Shown: one piece after another, positions 7,421 to 15,468 of the stretch
Position numbering within the stretch: position 1 is the first letter of the stretch
How the letters are laid out: every line of letters starts with the position of its first letter
Assembly (NCBI GenBank): GCA_031261085.1
Contig: JAISKB010000013.1
Span: forward strand, 23,723 to 87,722
From: Christensenellaceae bacterium
GTDB taxonomy: Bacteria > Bacillota > Clostridia > Christensenellales > CAG-138
Direction: 5' to 3'
DNA length: 64,000 nucleotides
The notes under the pieces: generated by a model
Database searches by the model: none
Told to the model about the DNA's origin: nothing
The model's input: only the letters and a program-made list of their open reading frames with translations
Made by a program: the position numbers and the translations under genes

Positions 7421-8824
7421 ATGGAATACGAAGCATATAAACAAAGCAAGCAAGAGAGCCAAAAAAAGCGCCGCACCGGCTTAAAGCGCGCGCTTTATAT
7501 CGTGGGCGCTCTGCTTTTGCTGGGCATACTCATCGCCGTTTCGCTGGGCTGGAACCTGCTCAGCGGGCTCAACCGCACCCCCTCCTCCACCTTCGAGGAT
7601 GAGGACGCCGTCACCTACACCCCCACTCCCGCCGCCGCGCCCACGGCCGCGCCGCCAACCCCCACCCCGGCCGCCACGCCCGAGCCTACCCCGCTCCCCT
7701 TGAGCGAGCTATATACGCAAACCATATTGGCCCCCGAAGCGCTGGAGCGGATGGAGCAAAACCTGGCCGACACCCGCTTTATACAAATACTGCTCATCGG
7801 CGTGGACAGGCGGGGCTCCTCGGGCAATTCCCGGGCGGATACCGTGATGATCGCCACCATCGATAAAAAGAACAACCGGCTTAAGCTCACCACGCTCATG
7901 CGGGATATGCTCGTGAACATACCCGGCCATGGCTACGGCAAAATGAATACCGCCGCCGCGGTGGGCGGCGTGGAGCTGCTCACCCAAACCATCAACGAAA
8001 ACTTCCATATGAACCTGCACGAGTATGTGTTGGTCGATTTCAATATGTTCGAACAGATTATCGACGAGCTGGGCGGCATCACCATCAAAATGAAAGCCGA
8101 AGAGATCAGCGCGGCCAACGATTGCATCGCCGGGCTCAATAAGGAGCGCGGCGAATACCTGTGGGATGGCTTCATCTTTGCGGAGGCCGGCAACGTAAAG
8201 CTGACCGGCAAGCAGGCGCTGGGCTATGCCCGCGTACGCCATATCGACAGCGAATTTTCCCGCACGACGCGGCAGTTTAAGGTGCTCAACACCGTGTTTG
8301 CGGTGTTTAAGCAGGCCGGCGTCAGCAAGCAATATAAGCTGCTGCAGGGCATTTTGCCGCTGGTCAAAACCAACATAACCAACGCCCGCATACTGGAATG
8401 CGCGGTGGGCGCGCTGGGCATGGATGTAAACGGGCTGCTCTACTACCGCCTGCCCGCGGAGGATCTGTTTGAAAACGGCAAGTGGGAGCGCAAATTCGTA
8501 TTCCTATGCGATATACCCGCCAACGCGCAAGCGCTGCATGGCTTCCTGTTCGACTCGCAGGAGGCCGCGGATGACGCAAAGGTGCTTACGCCCGGCGCTT
8601 CGCTGCCGCCGCGCACGCCCAGCGTATACCTCGGGGAGGATGGAAATTACTATTACTATTCCACCGGGCAGGCGGTGCCCCCCTCCACCCCCGATTTTGA
8701 AACCTCCGCCGAAGGCCCCACCTACAGCTACAACGGCATCATCGTGACCGTAGATGAGTACGGCAACCTCGTGGATATGAACGGGAACATCGTGGCGGCG
8801 GCAGGCACATGGCAGGCGCAATAA
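7421..8824 (+). CDS. LytR-CpsA-Psr (LCP) family cell-envelope phosphotransferase with a Pro/Ala/Thr-rich linker
   Basis: LLIGVDRRGSSGNSRADTVMIATIDKKNNRLKLTTLMRDMLVNIPGHGYGKMNTAAAVGGVELL, then LTGKQALGYARVRH. The track ORF starts at TTG 7295. I prefer the ATG at 7421, which follows GGAAGG. Confidence 0.85.
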   Translation: MEYEAYKQSKQESQKKRRTGLKRALYIVGALLLLGILIAVSLGWNLLSGLNRTPSSTFEDEDAVTYTPTPAAAPTAAPPTPTPAATPEPTPLPLSELYTQTILAPEALERMEQNLADTRFIQILLIGVDRRGSSGNSRADTVMIATIDKKNNRLKLTTLMRDMLVNIPGHGYGKMNTAAAVGGVELLTQTINENFHMNLHEYVLVDFNMFEQIIDELGGITIKMKAEEISAANDCIAGLNKERGEYLWDGFIFAEAGNVKLTGKQALGYARVRHIDSEFSRTTRQFKVLNTVFAVFKQAGVSKQYKLLQGILPLVKTNITNARILECAVGALGMDVNGLLYYRLPAEDLFENGKWERKFVFLCDIPANAQALHGFLFDSQEAADDAKVLTPGASLPPRTPSVYLGEDGNYYYYSTGQAVPPSTPDFETSAEGPTYSYNGIIVTVDEYGNLVDMNGNIVAAAGTWQAQ

Positions 8825-8863
8825 AGCGGCCGCACGCCATTTAATAAAGCACCATTCAAAAAG

Positions 8864-8900
8864 CATCGCCATACATTGCTATATGGCGATGTTATTTATA
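8864..8900 (+). terminator. Hairpin with a T-rich tail after the LCP gene
   Basis: CATCGCCATA (8864-8873), an 8-nt loop, TATGGCGATG (8882-8891), then TTATTTATAT. The 3' arm contains the ATG of the next ORF, so either its role or that ORF's start is uncertain. Confidence 0.5.
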
Positions 8901-9575
8901 TATAACCATCATTCGGGTTCGTTTTTGTGTGCGGAGGACTTGCCGCCCCTTTCACACAGCCGTTTGCGCGCCCGTGATTTTTTCGGCCAGCACGCCGCCC
9001 TGCTCGGTTGGACGGATATGCGGCTGCTGCGCGCCTACGATGCGGTATGCGCCGAATTTGGGCCTATATATGTGAATTTTTGCTTCCGGCGGTTGGGCGG
9101 CGCGCAATATGGCGGCGTGTTTGCGGGCCAAAGCGCGCACTACGCCGGGCTGGCGCTGGATATGGCGCAGGATCTATCCGATGCGCGCAAGGCCAAATTG
9201 CGGCGTTTTTGCGTGCGCAGCCCCCTGTTTTCGTATGTGGAACCGGCCTATCTCTCCCCTGCGTGCGTGCATGCCGAGGTAAGCATCGCCCCCGCTTGCG
9301 GCCCGCACCGCGGCTACCCCTTGCTGCAGGCCGGCAGCAGTGGCCCGCATGTGTTTTTATTGCAGGATGCCCTGCTGCGTTGCGGCATCAACTGCCTTTT
9401 GACCGGGCACTTTACCGTGGGCACGCGGCGCGCGCTGCTGCAATATCAAGCCCAGCGGGGCTTGCGCGCGCATGGGCTGGCCGACGCCGCGCTGTGGCAG
9501 CAAATCATAGCCGAGGCAAATCTTTGCGACGCGTGCAAGGGCGGTATTTCCTTCACTCCCCAAGTCACCCCATAA
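8883..9575 (+). CDS. Peptidase M15 (LAS-fold, VanY/YcbK-like) domain plus a C-terminal peptidoglycan-binding domain
   Basis: GQSAHYAGLALDM fits the SxHxxGxAxD zinc motif. The C-terminus GPHVFLLQDALLRCGINCLLTGHFTVGTRRALLQYQAQRGLRAHGLADAALWQQI resembles PG_binding_1. The start codon is uncertain. Confidence 0.6.
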   Translation: MAMLFIYNHHSGSFLCAEDLPPLSHSRLRARDFFGQHAALLGWTDMRLLRAYDAVCAEFGPIYVNFCFRRLGGAQYGGVFAGQSAHYAGLALDMAQDLSDARKAKLRRFCVRSPLFSYVEPAYLSPACVHAEVSIAPACGPHRGYPLLQAGSSGPHVFLLQDALLRCGINCLLTGHFTVGTRRALLQYQAQRGLRAHGLADAALWQQIIAEANLCDACKGGISFTPQVTP

Positions 9576-9577
9576 GC

Positions 9578-9640
9578 ATGCCCCCTCCCGCCGGTAGGGT
9601 GTGGGTTAAGGGGTGTACAAAACTCCATGCGAAGCAAGAA
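9578..9640 (+). repeat. Partial copy (locus D) of the GC-rich intergenic repeat family
   Basis: It carries GGGTTAAGGGGTG and CTCCATGCGAAG, two sub-modules also seen at 17.6, 37.5 and 42.9 kb. Confidence 0.4.
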
Positions 9641-9650
9641 TTTTAGGCAC

Positions 9651-9676
9651 AAAAAAAGTGGCAGAGCCACTTTTTT
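9651..9676. terminator. Bidirectional intrinsic terminator
   Basis: AAAAAAA-GTGGC-AGA-GCCAC-TTTTTT lies between convergent genes. Confidence 0.7.
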
Positions 9677-9723
9677 AATAAATCCCGCAAAAAGGGATAT
9701 TTGCCCCCATCGGGAGCCTCCGC

Positions 9724-10251
9724 TCACAGGCCCGCGATATACTCGCAGGCGGTGTTTACCGCGCCCACCACGGCGCCCGAGCTGATGGAAGCCCCGGATA
9801 CCGAGTCGACATTCTGCTTGAGCGTTAGCGGGGGCTGCAGGCCAACAAACTGGCCGGTGAATTCAGGATCCTTTGTTTTTGCGCCCAATCCCACCGTTTC
9901 GCTAAAATTGGAACCGCCCACATCGATGCCGGTAATAACGCCCGCGGTATCCACCCCTACAACCACCTCTATTTCGCCGCCATATCCTTTGGCGGTAACC
10001 ATCACCACATGCCCTATGACGGCATCGTCGGCCTTGCCCGCATAGCAATACCCAACCGGTGCGTCGGCGGCTATATCAAGCTGTTCAAAGCTTTGCGCCG
10101 CCGGCAATACCGCCTGCCGCGCAGCCTCCGCCGCCACAACATCCTGCTGTGCAATCGTGGGCGCGGTCAACTCGTTGATGAACCCCAGCAGCAAACCCGC
10201 AACTACGGCAATAATGGCCAGCCTTGCCCAGGCCGGTAATTTTTGTTTCAT
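9724..10251 (-). CDS. FMN-binding domain protein (RnfG/NqrC-like), membrane-anchored
   Basis: N-terminal TM helix MKQKLPAWARLAIIAVVAGLLLGF. GYGGEIEVVVGVD and DSVSGASISSGAV carry the [ST]GA[ST] flavinylation motif. Start taken at the MKQ ATG (10251). Confidence 0.8.
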   Translation of the reverse strand: MKQKLPAWARLAIIAVVAGLLLGFINELTAPTIAQQDVVAAEAARQAVLPAAQSFEQLDIAADAPVGYCYAGKADDAVIGHVVMVTAKGYGGEIEVVVGVDTAGVITGIDVGGSNFSETVGLGAKTKDPEFTGQFVGLQPPLTLKQNVDSVSGASISSGAVVGAVNTACEYIAGL

Positions 10252-10280
10252 AAATATTCGCCCCCTAACATACGATAAAA

Positions 10281-10793
10281 TCATTTGTGTTTAGTGAAAG
10301 ATATAGGCTCTGCATGCAACGCCCTAAACACGGACTGTGCCGCAACGCCTATACTTACACCTGTAATTATAGCGGAAAAAAGCAGTATTGGCAAGTATGT
10401 CAGCGCGGCGCGCGGCTGTACGAGCACACACGCCACCAAGGTTTGGCCCACGTTATGCAGCAGCGCCCCGCACACCGAAACGCCCGGCACGCCTATGCCG
10501 GGTATGCGCTTTGCCATCAGCATGGCGACAAGGCTGAGCACGCCCCCAGCCAGGCTATAGAGCAAGCCGCTGAGCCCGGCAAACAAAAAGCCGGATAGCA
10601 CCGCCTTGCCCAGCATCAGCAAAAAGGACTGCCTTGCGCCGCACAGGCACACCGCATACAGCAGCACGGTGTTGGCAAGCCCCAGCTTTATCCCCGGCAG
10701 CCCCGGCGCGATGGGGAGCAGGCTTTCGACCCAGCCCAATATCAGCGCGAGCGCAAGCAGCAGCGCAAAGCGGGCCAACTCCTTTATCTTCAC
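10281..10793 (-). CDS. Gx transporter family protein (Hpre_diP_synt_I / PF07456-like)
   Basis: The hydrophobic C-terminal 170 aa of the 290-aa track ORF. A GTG at 10793 overlaps the upstream stop as GTGA. The N-terminal 120 aa of the track ORF are Arg/Gly-rich read-through. Confidence 0.75.
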   Translation of the reverse strand: MKIKELARFALLLALALILGWVESLLPIAPGLPGIKLGLANTVLLYAVCLCGARQSFLLMLGKAVLSGFLFAGLSGLLYSLAGGVLSLVAMLMAKRIPGIGVPGVSVCGALLHNVGQTLVACVLVQPRAALTYLPILLFSAIITGVSIGVAAQSVFRALHAEPISFTKHK

Positions 10794-11158
10794 CGCGCGT
10801 CCTCCACCAATTCCACCGTCACCTGGTTGGGCATGCATATAATCCAATTGCCCAGCGCGCGGGCAGCCGCGTTTTGGGCGGTGATTTCGCCCTGATGTAC
10901 ACATTCCTGATTTTTGCAGGATGCGCTGCGCATATATACCCTGCCTCCCTCGATGACGATTTCGTTTGCCCGCCCGTCGCCCTGCTCCACCAAAATCACC
11001 TGCGGCGCAAGCAGGCTGGCCGTAGTATATAACTGCCCGCCCACATACACGCGCACCATATCGCCGCCCCTGCGCCGCGCAAACAGCAGAGCCAGCGCAA
11101 GCGCAAGCAAAAGCGCCGCGAGTATGATATATCCGTCTTTTTTTGTAATCCACCGCAT
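10790..11158 (-). CDS. NusG domain II-containing protein (DUF1312)
   Basis: A TM anchor followed by VYMRSASCKNQECVHQGEI...WIICMPNQVTVELVE, typical of NusG_II. Start taken at MRWITKKDG. Confidence 0.7.
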   Translation of the reverse strand: MRWITKKDGYIILAALLLALALALLFARRRGGDMVRVYVGGQLYTTASLLAPQVILVEQGDGRANEIVIEGGRVYMRSASCKNQECVHQGEITAQNAAARALGNWIICMPNQVTVELVEDAR

Positions 11159-11209
11159 AGCAGATGCTCTCTTTATGCCAAGCACTTCGTATTTAGGCGC
11201 GCCAGCCGC

Positions 11210-12295
11210 TCAATTGCCAAAGCCGGTGCCCACATCCCGCGCGGATTGGATGAGCGGATGATCCGGCGGCAGGAACTTGGTTTTGCTGGCGGCTTCCTCC
11301 AGCGGCACGGGTACGATTTCCCCTTTTTGCATGCCCACCATGTAGCCATACTGCTTTTCGATAATCAAATGCGCCGCCGCCGTGCCAAACTGGGAAGCCA
11401 GCACGCGGTCATAAGGGCAGGGCGGGCCGCCGCGCTGGTAATGCCCGGGTATGGCCACGCGCGCTTCCTGGCCGGTAATCTCCTGCAGCTCCCGCGCAAT
11501 GCGGTAGGATATGGTGGGGTATTCCGTCCTTTCTTTGATGGCGCGGCGTTCATCCTCGCTGAGCAGGGCATCGCCCCTGGCGATGGCGCCCTCCGCCACC
11601 GCGATGATGGAATAATTGCGCCCCCGCTTTTTGCGCCTTTCAATCACATCCTCGATGCAGGCAAGGTCATAGGGTATTTCGGGAATCAGTATAACATCCG
11701 CGCCGCTCGCTATGCCCGCGTGCAGCGTGAGCCAACCGGCATCCCGCCCCATCAGCTCCACCAAAAATATGCGCCCGTGCGAGCTTGCGGTGGTATGGAT
11801 ATAATCCATCACGTTGGTCGCAATATCCACCGCGCTCTGGAAGCCAAATGTGATATCGGTGCCAAAAATATCGTTGTCGATGGTTTTGGGCAGCGTAATC
11901 ACGTTCATGCCGGCATCCATCATCAGCTTGGCGCTCTTTTGCGTGCCATTGCCCCCCATCACCACCACGCAGTCGAGGTTGAGCCGGGTGTAGGTATCCA
12001 TCATGGCGGGCATCACATCGTTGCCGTCCTGATCTACAATTGCCTGCCCCGGTATGTAGTTCTGCCGCGAGGTGCCCAGCACCGTGCCGCCCTGCGTGAG
12101 TATGCCCGAAAAATCCTTTGCCTCCATATAGCTATAGTCGCTCTCGATCAAGCCGCGGTAGCCGTCATACATACCGAATATCTCGATATTATCGACATAC
12201 TGGGTAAGCGTTTTGCCTACGCCGCGAATCGCCGCATTTAGCCCCTGGCAATCTCCGCCGCTCGTGATGAGCGCAACACGGGTACTGTGTTTCAT
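11210..12295 (-). CDS. pfkA: ATP-dependent 6-phosphofructokinase
   Basis: RVALITSGGDCQGLNAAIRGV, MGGNGTQKSA, LPKTIDNDI and GFQSAVD. The second ATG (12295) lies 8 nt after AGGAGG and overlaps the upstream ORF's stop as ATGA. Confidence 0.9.
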   Translation of the reverse strand: MKHSTRVALITSGGDCQGLNAAIRGVGKTLTQYVDNIEIFGMYDGYRGLIESDYSYMEAKDFSGILTQGGTVLGTSRQNYIPGQAIVDQDGNDVMPAMMDTYTRLNLDCVVVMGGNGTQKSAKLMMDAGMNVITLPKTIDNDIFGTDITFGFQSAVDIATNVMDYIHTTASSHGRIFLVELMGRDAGWLTLHAGIASGADVILIPEIPYDLACIEDVIERRKKRGRNYSIIAVAEGAIARGDALLSEDERRAIKERTEYPTISYRIARELQEITGQEARVAIPGHYQRGGPPCPYDRVLASQFGTAAAHLIIEKQYGYMVGMQKGEIVPVPLEEAASKTKFLPPDHPLIQSARDVGTGFGN

Positions 12296-14712
12296 ATCCA
12301 TCTCCTCCTAATTGCCGAACTATTACCGAATTCATCATACCATAAACCTATGAACTTTTTAAGAAATTTGCCGCAATATTTTAGCGAATCAAAGTTATAT
12401 TTGCTCGAATACTCTTTGAGCACGCGCCGGGCCAGCATATCCACAGCCTTATCCGATAGCTTATGCCCCTCAGTCAGTTTAAACTGCGCCTTTGCAATCG
12501 CCAATGCTTCAGACAGGCGCTTATTCTCTTTTTCAAGCGCTTTCACATCCACCCGCGTTTCCGGCGCGGCGTCCTTGAGCGAAAACTTCTTAGTGATATT
12601 AGTATTTTCTATACCTTCATCGGACACATTATTATTGACAACAGAATACCTATAAGATATCCTGTTGTTGAGCCCGAACTTGGCGCTTAACGGCAATTGG
12701 AGCCGAGATAGTTTAAGCCAAGCTCGGGTTTTTGCTTGCTCTGGATTCACATAAAGAATTCGACTTGTATCTAATAGTCGCTGCGGATCCGCATCCTTCC
12801 CATATGCGCTTGCAACTTTTATGATATTCAACACACTTTCATTTTGCCCGCGCGGCTCAAGCTCAAGCGCAACAAGCACCGGCGCATTATTCGCATCGAA
12901 CACCTCGCCGAACAGCGTAATACGGCTTTTTACCGTCTGCGATTCCATAATTATAACCGGGTTATCAATAATATCCGGCACTTGCTTTATGATCGCATCG
13001 GTCATACCTGGATGGTCCGCACGAATTTTCTTGATTTTTGACGCATCCCATAAAATCGACTGCTCACGCACGCCTACATATTGAAGCGCATGGGAAGTTC
13101 GACTAATGGTGAATGGAGCGCGAAAACTGCTCTTATCCCACACATCATATTCTCTTACAAAGCTATCTTTCAGCGAAAACTTCTTGCTATCATCTGTTTT
13201 GGCGTCAAGGCTTCCATCGATGTAATAGACGCCAAACCCTTCATCGAGATACTCCGTATACTCTGCTTCTGCGACATCGCCGAGCCGCGCATATAGCCGA
13301 CGACTATCCTCACTATCCGGCGCTATCGTTATCCCACCAAATTTGTTTGCTAACTGCATAATGAAATTCGTGCCAAATCCTTGCCGCCGAAATGCATCAT
13401 CAATATCTAACCGTTCTACATAAGCACCGTTATCATCTACAAGTACACTCGCATGCCCAATCCCTTTTCCATTGAAAATTGCGGAATACATTCTGTTTTC
13501 ATACGAATCTTCCTTGACCACACGCGTTTCCCGCAGGGATACCGCGCTATCTTTTATCGACAAAGGCTTGCTAAAATCAGTTTTTTCACGTATACTTTTC
13601 TTAGGAGTAGATTCAGGCTTCGTTTCGGACGTATAGGAGTTCAAGGCATCTGCATTGAGCACCTGAACTGCTCCTTTTTTATTTTTCCAAACACTTGCCA
13701 CCCATATAGTTTTACGTTTCGCATCCGGGATAGCCTCCGAAACATAATATAACCCATTTACTCGCTTCACCAAGGAAAGAACAGGCGCATAATTTCCATG
13801 TTTATCCTTATACTTTCGACTAAAAACTTGATTTCCATCTGAATCCCTAGCCAAGTCTATACTGTCATAATTATCAATGACAAACTGCATTCTACCAATA
13901 TCCCGGACATCCTTCATACTATGATCCGCAGCACCATGTTCACCATGACGCCGCTCAATATGCTCAATACCATCCCTCTGAAGACCATGCTTATACCCCT
14001 CAATTTCAATTTTCACAAGCTCAAAAACATCATGCACAAATCTATCAGAGACCGGAGATAGCATAATAGGCTTCATGTATTTAGACAAAGTTCCATCTCG
14101 ATACTTCTCAAAAGCATCGACAATTTCCGAATTCACAGCTTCAAGATATCCCGGAACCGCCGAATACTGGATATCAACGTTTTCATTTACGTTCGCAGTA
14201 TTTTCACTTGCTTTCGCATCATTTTTCTTTGCGTTCGCATCATTATCCGCGCGTTCGCTCGTTTCATCCAACACAGCGAAAAACAGGTCGGAAATCGCCT
14301 GCACCGTTTTGGTATCACTTTTCAACGCATCAACCTGCGCCCAGCTCGCATAGCGGGAAATGTCGCTGAGTATCTGCTTCACGTTCGCAAGGAACTCTTC
14401 AAAGAAATCCGCAATCTTTTCGGCAAGGGAGCGGTCCTGCTCCACCAGCCGCCGCACCGTCGCCTCATCATCGAGCACCACCGGCACGCTATTGGCCACC
14501 ACTTCCTCGCGTGCCGCCGCTTCACTCAGCGCCGGGTTCGCCTTTTGCTGCTGTTCAATCCGCGCCTCCACATCCACGCCGCTATCCCGCAGCGCTTCGA
14601 GCACAAAATCCTCCAGCAGCGCATATCCGTCCGCATTGGCGGCCTTAACATAATGCACCAGCTCATGCATGCCCACGGCCAAATACGCGCCTTCCATCGC
14701 GTCCAGCGCCAC
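12292..14712 (-). CDS. Multidomain polyvalent-protein-like ORF, probably a truncated mobile-element remnant. Modules: zincin HExxH, a putative Barnase/EndoU/RelE-like module, GNAT and a MuF-C-like module.
   Basis: 806 aa. GMHELVHYV plus AAREEVVANS look ArdC/MPTase-PolyVal-like. GIEHIERRHGEHG is nuclease-like. DIDDAFRRQGFGTNF is the GNAT Q/RxxGxG motif. KIRADHPGMTDAIIKQVPDIIDNPVIIM looks MuF-C-like. KFSLKD linker motifs recur. The GTG start has no RBS, and an in-frame stop lies 5 codons upstream. Confidence 0.55.
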   Translation of the reverse strand: MALDAMEGAYLAVGMHELVHYVKAANADGYALLEDFVLEALRDSGVDVEARIEQQQKANPALSEAAAREEVVANSVPVVLDDEATVRRLVEQDRSLAEKIADFFEEFLANVKQILSDISRYASWAQVDALKSDTKTVQAISDLFFAVLDETSERADNDANAKKNDAKASENTANVNENVDIQYSAVPGYLEAVNSEIVDAFEKYRDGTLSKYMKPIMLSPVSDRFVHDVFELVKIEIEGYKHGLQRDGIEHIERRHGEHGAADHSMKDVRDIGRMQFVIDNYDSIDLARDSDGNQVFSRKYKDKHGNYAPVLSLVKRVNGLYYVSEAIPDAKRKTIWVASVWKNKKGAVQVLNADALNSYTSETKPESTPKKSIREKTDFSKPLSIKDSAVSLRETRVVKEDSYENRMYSAIFNGKGIGHASVLVDDNGAYVERLDIDDAFRRQGFGTNFIMQLANKFGGITIAPDSEDSRRLYARLGDVAEAEYTEYLDEGFGVYYIDGSLDAKTDDSKKFSLKDSFVREYDVWDKSSFRAPFTISRTSHALQYVGVREQSILWDASKIKKIRADHPGMTDAIIKQVPDIIDNPVIIMESQTVKSRITLFGEVFDANNAPVLVALELEPRGQNESVLNIIKVASAYGKDADPQRLLDTSRILYVNPEQAKTRAWLKLSRLQLPLSAKFGLNNRISYRYSVVNNNVSDEGIENTNITKKFSLKDAAPETRVDVKALEKENKRLSEALAIAKAQFKLTEGHKLSDKAVDMLARRVLKEYSSKYNFDSLKYCGKFLKKFIGLWYDEFGNSSAIRRRWI

Positions 14713-14743
14713 ATGTATCTGCCCGGTTTATGCAAGCAGGTTA

Positions 14744-14795
14744 TTGACAGAAGGCACGCTTCGGCTTATAATACATATGAACAGTTGTTCATATG
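14744..14795 (+). promoter_or_regulatory. Consensus sigma-A promoter plus a 10-2-10 ArsR/SmtB-type operator
   Basis: TTGACA (14744-14749), a 17-nt spacer, TATAAT (14767-14772). The perfect palindrome CATATGAACA-GT-TGTTCATATG (14774-14795) begins 2 nt after the -10. Confidence 0.8.
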
Positions 14796-14809
14796 AAAGG
14801 ATGGTCCTT

Positions 14810-15172
14810 ATGCAAGCATTCGAGCCCATGCCCCATTGCGACTACATGTGCGCGCACACCGACATCATCGAACGGGTGCAGGCCGCCATGCCCAATGAAG
14901 AAGCGCTTTATACCCTGGCCGAGCTATACAAGGTGTTTGGCGACAGCACCCGCATCCGCATACTATATGTGCTGCTGGAGGCCGAGATGTGCGTGTGCGA
15001 TATTGCCCAGCTGCTGGGCTTAAGCCAAAGCGCCATCTCCCATCAGCTCCGCGTGCTCAAGAGCGCGCAGCTGGTAAAGTACCGGCGGGATGGTAAAACG
15101 GTGTTTTATTCGCTGGCGGATGCGCATGTGCGCACCATCATAAGCAACGGTATGGAACATGTGATGGAATAG
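14810..15172 (+). CDS. ArsR/SmtB-family metalloregulator, CadC-like
   Basis: ELYKVFGDSTRIRILYVLLEAEMCVCDIAQLLGLSQSAISHQLRVLK has the alpha3 CVC site. The N-terminal PHCDYMC cysteines resemble those of CadC. Start taken at MQAFEP after GAAAGG. Confidence 0.9.
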   Translation: MQAFEPMPHCDYMCAHTDIIERVQAAMPNEEALYTLAELYKVFGDSTRIRILYVLLEAEMCVCDIAQLLGLSQSAISHQLRVLKSAQLVKYRRDGKTVFYSLADAHVRTIISNGMEHVME

Positions 15173-15237
15173 TTTAATGTGATGGAACGGTTAAAATGGA
15201 ATAATTTAAAACGATTTTATTTTAGGAGAGCATCATA

Positions 15238-15456
15238 ATGAAAAAGACGTTTAAGCTGCAAGACCTAGACTGCGCGAACTGCGCCGCAAAAATGGAACAG
15301 GCTGTACGCAAAATCGAGGGGGTAGAGAGCGCGCAAATCAGCTTTTTATCGCAAAAATTTACGCTTTGCGCCCCCGATGACGCGTTTGACGCCATCGTTG
15401 CCGAAGCCATCCGCGTGTGCAAAAAAATCGAGCCGGACTGCGTCATAGTCCTATAG
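15238..15456 (+). CDS. Heavy-metal-associated (HMA) domain protein
   Basis: 72 aa. LQDLDCANCAAKMEQAVRKIEGV contains the CxxC metal site in a ferredoxin-like HMA context. Confidence 0.8.
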   Translation: MKKTFKLQDLDCANCAAKMEQAVRKIEGVESAQISFLSQKFTLCAPDDAFDAIVAEAIRVCKKIEPDCVIVL

Positions 15457-15468
15457 GGCAGCGTTGCT

